A stretch of 62,121 nucleotides of DNA, taken from positions 1-62,121 of the forward strand of contig JADGRB010000002.1 in NCBI GenBank assembly GCA_017881315.1, in the 5' to 3' direction. The number at the start of each line of letters is the position of its first letter. Within the stretch, counting starts at the first letter, position 1. Position numbers and translations under genes: made by a program. Positions 27,123 through 36,673 of the stretch are shown here, one piece after another. This DNA comes from Pseudomonadota bacterium (GTDB lineage: Bacteria; Myxococcota_A; Polyangia; Fen-1088). Under the pieces are notes generated by a model. It saw nothing but the letters and a program-made list of their open reading frames with translations, was not told the origin of the DNA and ran no database searches.

Positions 27123-29846
27123 GTGACAAGAGCGGGCGTCTCGATTCTCCTGCTGGTCGGCCTGGCCGTCGGGACGGAAGGACCGCTGAGCTCGGCGCCC
27201 CGGGGATGGATCTGGTGGGAGGCCGAGACCCCCAGGTCCGGAAATTTTCCGGCGGACAATCCATTCCAGCCCGCGGAGGTCGCGGTCGCCAAGGCCCTCT
27301 CGGGCGGCAAGTGGATCGGCGCGGTGCATCCCGGCAAGGCGCTGTTTCTCGAATACGCGATCGAGGTTCCGAAGGGCGCCGACTATTCCTTCTACGCCCG
27401 CAAGTTCTGGCGCCACGGGCCGTTCAAATGGCGTTTCGACGGACAGCCCTGGCGAGAATGTCCGCGCGACGTCCCGCTCCTCGACGACGCGCCCCTCGCC
27501 AAGTTCGTGAACGTCAACTGGGTGCCGCTCGGCGCCGTGAAGCTGGCGGCGGGCAAGCACACGGTCCGGATCGAGCTTCCCGCCGACACCGAGGCGGTCG
27601 CCTTCGATTGCTTCCTGCTCATCGACGGGCCGTTCGAGGCGCACGGACGCATGAAGCCCGGCGAAAAATACGGCGTCGCCCCGGCGGGCTGGTTTCCCTT
27701 CGAGCCGGATCCGGACCCCTTCGGGGACGCCGCCCTCGACCTTCGCTTCCTCAACGAAAAGGCGGCCGGAGACGGCGGGTTCATCCAGGCGCGGGGCGAC
27801 AGCTTCGTCCACCAAAAGACCGGCCAGTCGATCCGATTCTGGGCGATCAACGTCGGTCACGAGGTCCTCGCCTACGACGACGTCGCGCTCGATGGCTTCG
27901 CGCGGCACCTCGCCAAGTTCGGCGTCAACATGGTCCGCCTGCACGGTCCCCTCTGGCGCGAGGACGATCCGTCCCAGCTCGACGGGCGGAAGCTGGCCGG
28001 CCTTCACAGGCTGGTCGCCGCGCTGAAGCGGCAGGGGATCTACCTGGCGCTCTCGTCGTACTTTCCGGTCTGGCTTCAACCGAAGGCCGTTCCGGGGCTC
28101 GACGGCTATGGCGGCGACAAGAGCACCTTCGCGATCGCGTTCTTCAACCCCCGATTCCAGGAGATTCAAAAGGGGTGGTGGCGGGACGCGCTGACCGCGA
28201 AGAGCCCTCAGAGCGGCCTGACGCTGCTCCAGGATCCCACCCTCGCCTTCATCGAGATCCAGAACGAAGACAGCCTGTTCTTCTGGACCTTTTCCCCCTA
28301 CGACAACGTCCCCGCCCCTCAGATGGAGCTGCTCGAGCGGCAGTTCGGCGATTGGCTCAAGGCCAGATACGGGGGGATCGGCGCGGCCCTCGCCCATTGG
28401 AACGGCAAGGGCCTCTTCGGGTGCTGGGGCGGAACCAAGATGAAGGGCGACCTGCCGGCGGCGGGACGGGTGGGGGTGCTGCCACCGGGCGAAATCCTGA
28501 GCCGGCGCGACGGGCGGGCGCAGGACACCGCGGAGTTTCTGGCCGCCCTGCAGCGACGGTTCTACGATCAGACCACCGCCTACCTGAAGAGGGACCTCGG
28601 GTTCAAGGGATCGGTGACTGGATCCAACTGGATCACCGCCGATGCCCGGGTCCTCGGCCCGCTCGACAAGTGGTCGAACGCCGGCTGCGACTTCATGGAT
28701 CGCCACGGCTACTACGGCGGGCCCCACGAGGGCGAGCGCGCCGGCTATCTGCTGTCGGACGGAGATCGTTACAACGACGCCTCGGCGCTGCGCTTCGAAA
28801 CCGGAAAAGGGGGCCAGCCGTCCTTCGAGCTCCCTCTGATGGACCTGGCGTACAACGGCAAACCGTCGACGATCAGCGAGATAAACTGGGCGCCGCCCAA
28901 CCGCTACCGCGCCGAGATGTCGGTGCTGGCCGCGGCCTACGGTTCCCTCCAGGGTTCCGACGCCTTCTTCTTCTTCGCCGGTGGCGAGCTCGGTTGGGCC
29001 GACCATCTGACCAAATTTTCGATTTCGGACCCCGCCGGCGTGGGGCAATTTCCGGCCGCGGCGCTGATCTTCCGCCAGGGGCTGGTGCGAACCGGAGAGC
29101 TGGCTCTGCGCCTGGAAGCCAAGCTCTCCGACCTCTATGCGCTGCGAGGCATTCCCGTCTCCGCGCCGCAGAACCTGGATGGCTTCCGAAAGAAGGATCT
29201 GCCGGCGGGGCAGACGCCCGGCAGCGTCGAATCGGTCGAGTCGATCGATCCGCTCGCCTTTCTCACCGGTCGGGTGGAGGTGAACGTCACGGCGACCGGC
29301 GGAATATCGAAGATGGCCAACCTTTCCGGATTGATCGACCGACAGAGCAAGATCGTCCGCAGCGCGACCGGCGAATTGCGGTGGGACTACGGGCGCGGCC
29401 TGGTGACGATCGATGCCCCTGCCGCGCAGGGGGCCACCGGGTTCCTCTCCAAGGCGGGGACGATCGCGCTCGGGGACGTCACGATCGCGTCGCGGCTCGA
29501 GTACGGATCGATCCTGGTGGTCTCCCTGGACGATCGGCCGCTCAAGACCTCCGGGCGGATGCTTCTCCAGGTCATGAGCGAGGACAACAACTTCGGCTGG
29601 TCGGCGCCGGGGACCGGCCTGCGCGCGATCTCCGACGTCGGCGGCCCACCGATCGTGGTCAAGAAGCTGGAAGGCGAGGTGTCACTCAAACGCGCGGACG
29701 CTCCCGCGCTCAGGGTCAGCCCGCTCGACGACAACGGCTACCGGACAGCGGTGGAAGGGCCGATCGGGGGCGGCCGGAACATCACGCTGCGCCCGACGAC
29801 GCTCTACTACCTCATTGAGGCGGGAGCTCGACGGACGCACGGGTAG
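27123..29846 (+). CDS. secreted glycoside-hydrolase-like protein (clan GH-A TIM barrel with N-terminal CBM-like domain)
   Basis: GTG at 27123 precedes the signal anchor VSILLLVGLAV. CBM-like block: WWEAETP...GKHTVRIEL. TIM-barrel-like blocks: FGVNMVRLHG and LAFIEIQNEDSLFFW (NE acid/base-type motif). Family assignment is uncertain. Confidence 0.6.
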   Translation: MTRAGVSILLLVGLAVGTEGPLSSAPRGWIWWEAETPRSGNFPADNPFQPAEVAVAKALSGGKWIGAVHPGKALFLEYAIEVPKGADYSFYARKFWRHGPFKWRFDGQPWRECPRDVPLLDDAPLAKFVNVNWVPLGAVKLAAGKHTVRIELPADTEAVAFDCFLLIDGPFEAHGRMKPGEKYGVAPAGWFPFEPDPDPFGDAALDLRFLNEKAAGDGGFIQARGDSFVHQKTGQSIRFWAINVGHEVLAYDDVALDGFARHLAKFGVNMVRLHGPLWREDDPSQLDGRKLAGLHRLVAALKRQGIYLALSSYFPVWLQPKAVPGLDGYGGDKSTFAIAFFNPRFQEIQKGWWRDALTAKSPQSGLTLLQDPTLAFIEIQNEDSLFFWTFSPYDNVPAPQMELLERQFGDWLKARYGGIGAALAHWNGKGLFGCWGGTKMKGDLPAAGRVGVLPPGEILSRRDGRAQDTAEFLAALQRRFYDQTTAYLKRDLGFKGSVTGSNWITADARVLGPLDKWSNAGCDFMDRHGYYGGPHEGERAGYLLSDGDRYNDASALRFETGKGGQPSFELPLMDLAYNGKPSTISEINWAPPNRYRAEMSVLAAAYGSLQGSDAFFFFAGGELGWADHLTKFSISDPAGVGQFPAAALIFRQGLVRTGELALRLEAKLSDLYALRGIPVSAPQNLDGFRKKDLPAGQTPGSVESVESIDPLAFLTGRVEVNVTATGGISKMANLSGLIDRQSKIVRSATGELRWDYGRGLVTIDAPAAQGATGFLSKAGTIALGDVTIASRLEYGSILVVSLDDRPLKTSGRMLLQVMSEDNNFGWSAPGTGLRAISDVGGPPIVVKKLEGEVSLKRADAPALRVSPLDDNGYRTAVEGPIGGGRNITLRPTTLYYLIEAGARRTHG

Positions 29847-30903
29847 TGCCGACCCGAGCCTCGTCGTAGTAGATGTCGAAGGAAGAGAACATCCCCACGT
29901 CCCGATACGCCGTCAGGTAGAACTCGAGCTCGGTCTGGGTCGAGTGCATGGTCTGGGTGGAAAGCGTCGTGCAGTTGCAGCTGCTGAAGGTCAGCGGCGC
30001 GCCGTTGACCCAGGCCTCCACCAGACCTTTGCCGTCGTTGGTGTTCGAGAACACCTTGTGGACCAGGAAGTCGACCCACTGGCCGGTGACCAGGTTCGAG
30101 ACCCACGGCTGATCGTGGTTGTACTGATCGCCGCGGTCCATGCTGAACTTGTTGGGGGTGGTGTTGAGATCGAGGAACCACCCGATCGACGGCGAGCCGT
30201 CAAAAGGAGACCCGTAGTCCTCCTGAAAGCAGAAGAACGAAGCAGCCGGGCAGTTGGTGCAGGTGGGATGCGAAGTCGGAACGTAGACCGACCAGGCCTC
30301 CCAGCGATCGTCGCCCGAGTGAAACAGCGGTGGGCTGTCGAGCTCCGCGCGCGGATTGTCGGTCGATGTGCAGGGCGCGACGTCGGTGTCGAGAACGTGA
30401 AACAGGGCTGCGTATTTTCCGCCGCGCGGCGCGGGCGCACCCGCCGGCGCGTTGGCCGTCGAATAAACCTGGATCCGATCGGTCTGGCAGCGTTCGACGT
30501 ACGGCCACTGCGACAGATTGCCGGTCTCGAAATCGCCCACGAAGATCACCTGTCCCGCCGCCGTGCCCGCGGCGCCACCCGCGGAGGATCCGCCCCTGCC
30601 ACCCCGCGCGCCGGCACCGCCGGCACCGCCCGCGCCACCACCGCGACCGCCTTGGCCACCACCGCGGCCGCCGGCACCCGCGGACGAGCCGCCCCTTCCC
30701 GACGACGAGGTGCCGCCGGTTCCCGACGACGAGGTGCCGCCCGTTCCCGACGACGAAGTACCGCCGGTTCCCGACGACGAGGTACCGCCCGTTCCCGACA
30801 GCGCACCCCCGGAGCCCGCCTGGCCACCGTCGGTGCTGCCGATGCTGCCAGCACAGCCGGGCAGAAGGCTCAGCACCATGAGGCTGGTGTAGAACGATCG
30901 CAT
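29812..30903 (-). CDS. lipoprotein with (GTGGTSSS)4 linker and polysaccharide-lyase-like (concanavalin-fold) domain
   Basis: Lipobox LLPGC. Gly/Ser/Arg-rich linker. Domain blocks: FVGDFETGNLSQW, DNPRAEL, VEAWVNG, reminiscent of the Pfam Polysacc_lyase family. Strong RBS AAGGAGG. The 3' end overlaps the convergent GH gene by 35 nt. Confidence 0.6.
   Translation of the reverse strand: MRSFYTSLMVLSLLPGCAGSIGSTDGGQAGSGGALSGTGGTSSSGTGGTSSSGTGGTSSSGTGGTSSSGRGGSSAGAGGRGGGQGGRGGGAGGAGGAGARGGRGGSSAGGAAGTAAGQVIFVGDFETGNLSQWPYVERCQTDRIQVYSTANAPAGAPAPRGGKYAALFHVLDTDVAPCTSTDNPRAELDSPPLFHSGDDRWEAWSVYVPTSHPTCTNCPAASFFCFQEDYGSPFDGSPSIGWFLDLNTTPNKFSMDRGDQYNHDQPWVSNLVTGQWVDFLVHKVFSNTNDGKGLVEAWVNGAPLTFSSCNCTTLSTQTMHSTQTELEFYLTAYRDVGMFSSFDIYYDEARVGTTRASVELPPQ
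30697..30800. repeat. 24-nt tandem repeat, 4.3 copies (tcccgacgacgaggtgccgccggt)
   Basis: Units at 30697, 30721, 30745 and 30769, plus a partial fifth. They encode GTGGTSSS x4 on the minus strand. Confidence 0.9.
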
Positions 30904-30934
30904 TGTTCTTCCTCCTTAGCCTTTGGCCAAACGT

Positions 30935-30940
30935 ATTATA
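30935..30940 (-). promoter_or_regulatory. perfect TATAAT -10 box upstream of the lyase-like gene
   Basis: Minus strand reads ggcgTATAATacgtttggccaaaggctAAGGAGGaagaacaATG. I found no good -35. Confidence 0.3.
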
Positions 30941-31006
30941 CGCCTGTTGTTCCAAGCCGGCGCGATGGTTTTCGCCGCCGGCGTTCGCGCCAGCGTCTCG
31001 ACAGCA

Positions 31007-31753
31007 TCAATCTTTTCGTGAGTGCCCGGCGATCTCGCGCGTCATCAAATACAGAAACTGGGCATTGGTCACCAGGTAGCGCTTCCAGAGCCGGCCGGGT
31101 TCCTGGACCAGCCGAAACAGCCACTCCAGACCGACCCGCTGAATCACGGCCGGCGCGCGCGCCCGCAGCCCGGCCAGCACGTCGAACGATCCCCCGACCC
31201 CGATCGCGAAGGGGACGCGCAAGCGGTCCCAGTAATCCTGGATGAAATATTCCTGGCGCGGCACGCCCATCGCCGCGATCAAGATCTTGGCGCCGCTGGC
31301 GGCGACGGCGGCCACGCGCGCCTCGGTCTCCTCCGGCGAGAAGTAACCGTCCTGCACACCCGACAGGATCAACCCCGGATAACGTTCCGTGAGGCGCGCC
31401 GCCACCTTCTCGACCACCTCCGGTTTTCCGCCGAGCAGATAGACGCCGAAGCCTTCCCGGGCGGCCCGCTCGCACAGACGCTCGACCAGCTCGACGCCGG
31501 CCACCCGTTCGGGCAGCGGGCGCGCCAGCATCCGGGAGCTCCAGATGAGCGGCTGCCCATCGGCCACCACGATCGCCGCGTCGTCCACGAATCGCTGCAG
31601 GCGGGGATCGTCGCGCATCATCATCAGGATCGCGACGTTGACGGTGCAGAGATACCCCCGCTCCCCCGCCTGGATGCGACGGCTCACCAGCTCGACCGTC
31701 TCGTCGAGCGTGATCGGATCGAACCCGGCGTTGAGCAGGCGCACCGAATTCAC
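31007..31753 (-). CDS. WecG/TagA/CpsF-family glycosyltransferase (GT26)
   Basis: GTG at 31753 overlaps the upstream stop (GTGA). Blocks: TVNVAILMMMRDDP, VVADGQPLIWSSR, VYLLGGKPEVVEKV, APAVIQRVGLEWLFRLVQEP. Confidence 0.85.
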   Translation of the reverse strand: MNSVRLLNAGFDPITLDETVELVSRRIQAGERGYLCTVNVAILMMMRDDPRLQRFVDDAAIVVADGQPLIWSSRMLARPLPERVAGVELVERLCERAAREGFGVYLLGGKPEVVEKVAARLTERYPGLILSGVQDGYFSPEETEARVAAVAASGAKILIAAMGVPRQEYFIQDYWDRLRVPFAIGVGGSFDVLAGLRARAPAVIQRVGLEWLFRLVQEPGRLWKRYLVTNAQFLYLMTREIAGHSRKD

Positions 31754-32868
31754 GTCAGCCACGCCTTGCCGAGCAACATCGCGTCGAGAAAGAACTTGGT
31801 GGGCCAGTTGGGAAACGTCAGCCGCGAATAGCGGCCCCAGACCGGCTGGGAGCCCTTGATCGCGCCCCGCACGTCCAGGTTGGAGGTGGCGATGTCCTGC
31901 CAGCTCATCACGTAGCGCAGGGCGCTGGCGGCCGAGCGGCGAAACAGCTCGTCGCCACCCCGGTTGAAGAGGCGCGCCCAGATGATGGCCATCTGGCAAT
32001 TCCCGGTCAGGCAACAGTACGACGCGCGCGGTTCCCCGCTGACCGAGATCGTCCCCGGTAAGAAGCCGTCTCCCCGCAACCGTTGCGTGACGACGCGCGC
32101 GCTGTTCTCGGCAGCCTTGGTGTAACGATCGTCGCCGATCAGCAGGCCCGACTCGAGCAGCCCGCGGATGGCGTAGGCGATCGTGTGCGTGAACGGCGCG
32201 ACATCCGCTTCGAAGGCATTCTGATCGTAGTAGCCGCCCCGCGCCTGCGACAGCGCCCAATCGAGGTTGGCGCGCGCGACGGCCTCGCGGTCGGTCGTGG
32301 GCTTCTGCTGGTGCAGCCGCAGCAGCGCCCAGGCGGTCCGGCTGTTGTACACGTGTGGGATGCCGTTGTGGGTGTTGCGGGTCCAGCGCTTCTCGGCGTC
32401 GGCCACCGTGGTGAGCCAGTCGCCGGCCTTCTCGGCGGCGCGCAAGAATTCCGCTTCGCGGGTCTCTTCGAAACCCCGCACCAACCCGTGCAGCACCTGC
32501 CCGGTGTCGAAGACGATGCCCCGCTTCGCGTCGAAGGCGGGATTCGAGATCGAGCCATCGGCGTTCTGGACGCGGCAGAGCCAGCGGCAGATCCGGATGG
32601 CACGCTCGCGGTAATCCGGCTGCCCGAGCTCGACGGCCAGATCGAAGAACGTCTCCGCGATGTAACCCGAGGTTTCACGATACGGAGGGCGCCACCCGCC
32701 CCGCACCGAGTAGCCGTAGCTGACGCCGCCGTCCTGGCCCTTGTCGTGGGCGCGCAGCAACCAATCTGCCGCCGCCTCCAGGTGTCGTCGCGGCGCCGCG
32801 ACCGGAAACGCCTGACCGAGGAGATCTCGTTTGGTGATAGCCGCGAAGGTGAGAATCGGGAGATCCAT
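31750..32868 (-). CDS. alpha/alpha-toroid-like protein (prenyltransferase/terpene-cyclase-like or glycan epimerase/hydrolase-like), function unknown
   Basis: 372 aa. Repeated helix-pair pattern with aromatic/acidic loops (ETSGYIAETFFDLAVELG, RWLCRVQNADGSISN, FDTGQVLHGLV, THTIAYAIRGLLESG, CLTGNCQMAIIWARL). Confidence 0.45.
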   Translation of the reverse strand: MDLPILTFAAITKRDLLGQAFPVAAPRRHLEAAADWLLRAHDKGQDGGVSYGYSVRGGWRPPYRETSGYIAETFFDLAVELGQPDYRERAIRICRWLCRVQNADGSISNPAFDAKRGIVFDTGQVLHGLVRGFEETREAEFLRAAEKAGDWLTTVADAEKRWTRNTHNGIPHVYNSRTAWALLRLHQQKPTTDREAVARANLDWALSQARGGYYDQNAFEADVAPFTHTIAYAIRGLLESGLLIGDDRYTKAAENSARVVTQRLRGDGFLPGTISVSGEPRASYCCLTGNCQMAIIWARLFNRGGDELFRRSAASALRYVMSWQDIATSNLDVRGAIKGSQPVWGRYSRLTFPNWPTKFFLDAMLLGKAWLT

Positions 32869-32914
32869 GGTCGGGAGCCAGGTGGTGTGAGGTTGGAGGG
32901 TCGAGGGACGAGGT

Positions 32915-34222
32915 TCAGTCGGGGAACGGCATTCCGAAGTTGGGTTTGTCGCGCTGGCCGTTCACCCAGCGGTAGATCTCCAGCATCTGACGCGCCTTCG
33001 CGTCCCAGGTGAAGAACTTGAAGACCCGTTCGCGCGCGCGCTGCCCCATGGCGCGAATCCCGCTGGGATCCGCCGCCAGAGCGCCGAGCGCTTGCCGAAA
33101 CCGCGCCACGACCTCGTCGCGGGTGCCCATCGGGATCCGGTAACCGGTGGTGTCGGTGACCAGCTCATTCGGTCCCCCGTAGTCGGCCACCACCGGCACC
33201 AGCCCGAGCGCCATCGCCTCGAGGACCACGCCGCCTCCGAACTCGCGGATGCTGGGGAATCCGAGCACGTCGGACTCCACCAGACGCTCCTGCATCTTGA
33301 CGTGATCGACCCAGCCGTCGAGCTTCACGCCGCCGGAGATCCCTTGCTCGGCGACGATCCGCCGTAGCTCGCCCATCTGATCGCCGTCGCCAATGATATC
33401 GACGACGACCTTGCCATCGCGCACCAGCGGGGCGGCCGCCTCCAGCAACATGTCGGCGCCCTTGTAGGGGACCAGCCGCCCGACGAAAGCGATGCGCAGG
33501 GGGGAACGAACCGGGCCGCTCACGACCCGGGCGAAGCGGACCGGGTCGACCGCGTTCTCCGGGATGTACACGCAGCGATCGTGGTAGGCGGCCGGCATCT
33601 GTTCCCAGGTGGCCCGCGATCCGATCACGATCGCGGCCGCGGAGCGGCGGGTGGCCCGGTAGAACGGCAACAGCTTGTAGGCGTCGCGCACGTACGTCAG
33701 ATATTCGCCTTCGGCGCGCAGCTGGCGATGGAAACCCGGCGGCCAGGGCACGCCGCCGTTGATGGGTCCCCACACGAAGGGAACCCCGGCGCGCTGGCAG
33801 GCGCCCGCGATCACGCTGGGCGTGGTCGGGCTGAGGGAGGTCACCCGGTGGACGACGTCCCACTGCCGCGCCTTGATGGCGGCGCCGAACATCTTCCAGG
33901 CCCGATACTCGAAGTAGGCGTAGGGGAGCGCGTCGAGCGCGGTGCTGACGGTCCACCCGAGCCCGGTGACCCGGCGCAGGGTCTCGTCGAACTTGGAGAT
34001 CGGCCGCGCCACCGCCTCGGAATCCACCGCCGTGAAGTCCGTCCCCTCCCGCCACCCTTGCCGCAAGAACGCGTCGCGGTTGCGAACCTGCGTGACGATG
34101 TGCGCGTCGAGCGGCTCGGTGAGGCGGTGCAGCGCCTCGCAATGAAACCAACCCACCAGCGGCACGCTGAACCAGTCCGGGTTGCAGGACTCGGCGAGGA
34201 CCAGGACGCGAAGCTTTCTCAC
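32915..34222 (-). CDS. glycosyltransferase family 4 (GT-B fold)
   Basis: GTG at 34222 gives VRKLRVLVLAESCNPDW. C-terminal blocks: FVGRLVPYKGADMLLEA, FPSIREFGGGVVLEAMALGLVPV. Confidence 0.8.
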   Translation of the reverse strand: MRKLRVLVLAESCNPDWFSVPLVGWFHCEALHRLTEPLDAHIVTQVRNRDAFLRQGWREGTDFTAVDSEAVARPISKFDETLRRVTGLGWTVSTALDALPYAYFEYRAWKMFGAAIKARQWDVVHRVTSLSPTTPSVIAGACQRAGVPFVWGPINGGVPWPPGFHRQLRAEGEYLTYVRDAYKLLPFYRATRRSAAAIVIGSRATWEQMPAAYHDRCVYIPENAVDPVRFARVVSGPVRSPLRIAFVGRLVPYKGADMLLEAAAPLVRDGKVVVDIIGDGDQMGELRRIVAEQGISGGVKLDGWVDHVKMQERLVESDVLGFPSIREFGGGVVLEAMALGLVPVVADYGGPNELVTDTTGYRIPMGTRDEVVARFRQALGALAADPSGIRAMGQRARERVFKFFTWDAKARQMLEIYRWVNGQRDKPNFGMPFPD

Positions 34223-34281
34223 CGGCGGCGGCCGATCGTGGGGGCCATTCGTGTCATGCGCGCCAAGCCGCCCATGGCCCG

Positions 34282-35394
34282 CTATGGAGCTCCGGAAGGA
34301 ATCCGGCGCACCTTCGGATCCAACAAGAGATCGGCGACCCGTTCGCCGGCTCGACCGTCGCCGAACGGATTCTGCCAATCTCGCGGGCGGGCCAGCATGG
34401 TGTCCACGGCGGCTTCCAGGTCGCCCGGACTGGTCGAATCGCACAGCAAGTTGGCGCCGACGGTGACGGTCTCCGGGCGTTCGGTGTTGGCGCGCAGCGT
34501 GACGCAGGGGACATGCAGCGTGCACGCTTCTTCCTGGACCCCGCCAGAATCGGTGAGGGTGAGCCGTGCGTCGGCGAGCAGACGCAAGAAGTCCAGGTAT
34601 CCCACCGGCTCCGTCAGGATGAAGGGGGCCTCGGAAAAGCGTTTGGCATCCGCCATGCGGGCGATCGTCGCCTGGGTGCGCGGGTGGGCGGGGAACACCA
34701 GCGCAAGGCCATGGCGCTCCCCCACGGCCAGGAGCGCCCGCATCACCGCCCGCAGCCGCTCCTCGGAGTCGACGTTGGATGGACGATGCAGCGTCACCAG
34801 CGCGTACGGCTTGCCGGACAGGCCGAGCCGCTCGACCACGGTGGATCGCTCGCGCGCACGCGCCGCGCTCTTGAGCGCGGCGTCGACGACGGTGTTGCCC
34901 ACCAGGTAGACCCCGCGCACGATGCCCTCCAGCCGCAGGCGTTCCACCTGGACCTCCGTCGGGCACAGATGCATGGCGGCCAGGCGGCCCGCCAGCACCC
35001 GATTGGCCTCCTCCGGCATCTCCCAGTCGTCGCTGCGCAGCCCGGCCTCGAGGTGGGCGACCGGCAAGCCGAGCTTGAGGGACGCCAGCGCGCCGCCGAG
35101 GACGCTGTTGGTGTCGCCCTGAACCAGCACCCAGCGCGGTTGCAGCTTGGCGAGCGCCTCGGCGGCCCGGATGATGATGGTGCCGAGCTGCTGCGCGGGG
35201 GGCGCAGAGCCCACCTCCAGGTTGGCGGCGGGCTTGGGCAGGCCCAGCTCTTCGAAGAAGATGGCGTCCAGCTGGTAGGAATAGTGCTGACCGGTGTGCA
35301 CGATCGCGAGCGGCGCGCCGCGGGCCGCCAGCGCATCGACGACCGGGGCGATCTTGATGAGCTCGGGGCGGGTCCCGACCAGGAAGGCGATCAT
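34282..35394 (-). CDS. wecB: UDP-N-acetylglucosamine 2-epimerase (non-hydrolysing)
   Basis: 370 aa. Blocks: VGTRPELIKIAPV, HTGQHYSY, VLVQGDTNSVLGGALA, HLEAGLRS, EEANRV, TDSGGVQEEA. Confidence 0.92.
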   Translation of the reverse strand: MIAFLVGTRPELIKIAPVVDALAARGAPLAIVHTGQHYSYQLDAIFFEELGLPKPAANLEVGSAPPAQQLGTIIIRAAEALAKLQPRWVLVQGDTNSVLGGALASLKLGLPVAHLEAGLRSDDWEMPEEANRVLAGRLAAMHLCPTEVQVERLRLEGIVRGVYLVGNTVVDAALKSAARARERSTVVERLGLSGKPYALVTLHRPSNVDSEERLRAVMRALLAVGERHGLALVFPAHPRTQATIARMADAKRFSEAPFILTEPVGYLDFLRLLADARLTLTDSGGVQEEACTLHVPCVTLRANTERPETVTVGANLLCDSTSPGDLEAAVDTMLARPRDWQNPFGDGRAGERVADLLLDPKVRRIPSGAP

Positions 35395-35501
35395 GATTCA
35401 GATCCCGTCGCGCTTCCCCGGGCCGGGCATTGGGTGGTGAAAAATTCCGGACGCTTCATACCGGTGGACGCCCGGTAGCGTATGCGAAAACCGGCAGGGG
35501 C

Positions 35502-36611
35502 TCAACGCAGGCGCTCTTTTATTCGAAGGAAGCGACGTTCGATCAGGTTGTAGCTGACCAAGGCCAGCGACAGCGTGATCCCGAGATAGAGCCCGCAGCG
35601 CAGCGCATATTTGGGGATCCGGGGCCAGCTCTCGATGTTTCGCAGCAGCAGCCCCCAGACCAGGCGCTGCGCCACCATGTGGTAGAGGTAGATCCCGTAG
35701 GAAATGCGCCCGACGTAGGCGAGCGGTGGCCAGGACAGGATCCGCGCCAGGGTGTCGAAGGGTCCGGTCCAAAGCATCCCGACGACCCAGGCAAAGAGCA
35801 GGCAAAGCCAGGGCAAGGCGACCTGATGCACTCGCATCTCATCCATGCGGCCCCCGGCGCACAGCAATGCCAACACGAGATAGCTCGCAACCGTCAGGGA
35901 AACTGCGGTCCAGCGTAATTTCGGCGAGGCAAACCAGCCGAGAACTCTCGCCGGTCGATCGCGCATGTAGAGCGCGAGCGTCGATCCGATGATGATGCCG
36001 ATCCCCCTCGTCGAGAGATTCGACTTCAGCTCCAGCCCGGCTCCCTGGCGAAACCAGAGGACCAGACCCACCAGCAGGAGCCCCACCAGCCAGGGCCGGC
36101 GCAGACGGAGGAGCACCACGCAGAGCGGCGGCCACAGAAAGTAGAACTGCTCCTCGACCGCCAGCGACCACAGATGCAGAGCGAGTGCCTGGTGCGTCCA
36201 GATCCCGCCGGACGGCGCCAGATTCACGAAGTAGAACCAGAGGGCCAGGATGTACTCGCGCGGCGTCCAGCCCCCGAGGGTGTGCAGGTGATCGGCGGGA
36301 CCCAGCAACATCGCGGCGGTCAGAGCGCCCACATACAGCCAATAGATCGGCATCAGCCGCAGGAAACGACGCGCCCAGAACTTCGGGAGCGAGATCCGAC
36401 CATGACGCGCGTATTCGTTGCAGAGCAGCGTCGTGATCAGGAACCCGCTCACGACGAAGAAGATGTCGACGCCCAGCCAGCCCACCTGCAGGAGCGGGAA
36501 CCCGACGTGGACACCCATGACCAGGAGCACCGCGATCGCCCGGACGCCGTCGAGGCTGTTGTTGCGCTCGACGACCACCGCCGCCGCCTGGCCGCCGGCG
36601 GCTTCAGGCAA
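35502..36611 (-). CDS. acyltransferase family 3 (OafA/NolL-like) membrane O-acyltransferase
   Basis: Blocks: LDGVRAIAVLLVMGVHV, GVDIFFVVSGFLIT, FWARRFLRLMPIYW. About 10 TM segments. TTG start. Confidence 0.8.
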   Translation of the reverse strand: MPEAAGGQAAAVVVERNNSLDGVRAIAVLLVMGVHVGFPLLQVGWLGVDIFFVVSGFLITTLLCNEYARHGRISLPKFWARRFLRLMPIYWLYVGALTAAMLLGPADHLHTLGGWTPREYILALWFYFVNLAPSGGIWTHQALALHLWSLAVEEQFYFLWPPLCVVLLRLRRPWLVGLLLVGLVLWFRQGAGLELKSNLSTRGIGIIIGSTLALYMRDRPARVLGWFASPKLRWTAVSLTVASYLVLALLCAGGRMDEMRVHQVALPWLCLLFAWVVGMLWTGPFDTLARILSWPPLAYVGRISYGIYLYHMVAQRLVWGLLLRNIESWPRIPKYALRCGLYLGITLSLALVSYNLIERRFLRIKERLR

Positions 36612-36673
36612 CGGCCGGCCGCTTACTGCCGATCATTGGATCCATTGATCCATCGCCATCGCCATCGCCCGCG

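Noticed and set aside
36633-36665. Mini-ORF MAMAMDQWIQ over a (CATCGC)3 microrepeat between the Dpm1-GtrA and acyltransferase-3 genes, considered as a leader peptide.
   Set aside because: It is only the tail of a long out-of-frame artefactual ORF. It has no ribosome-binding site and no associated attenuator structure.
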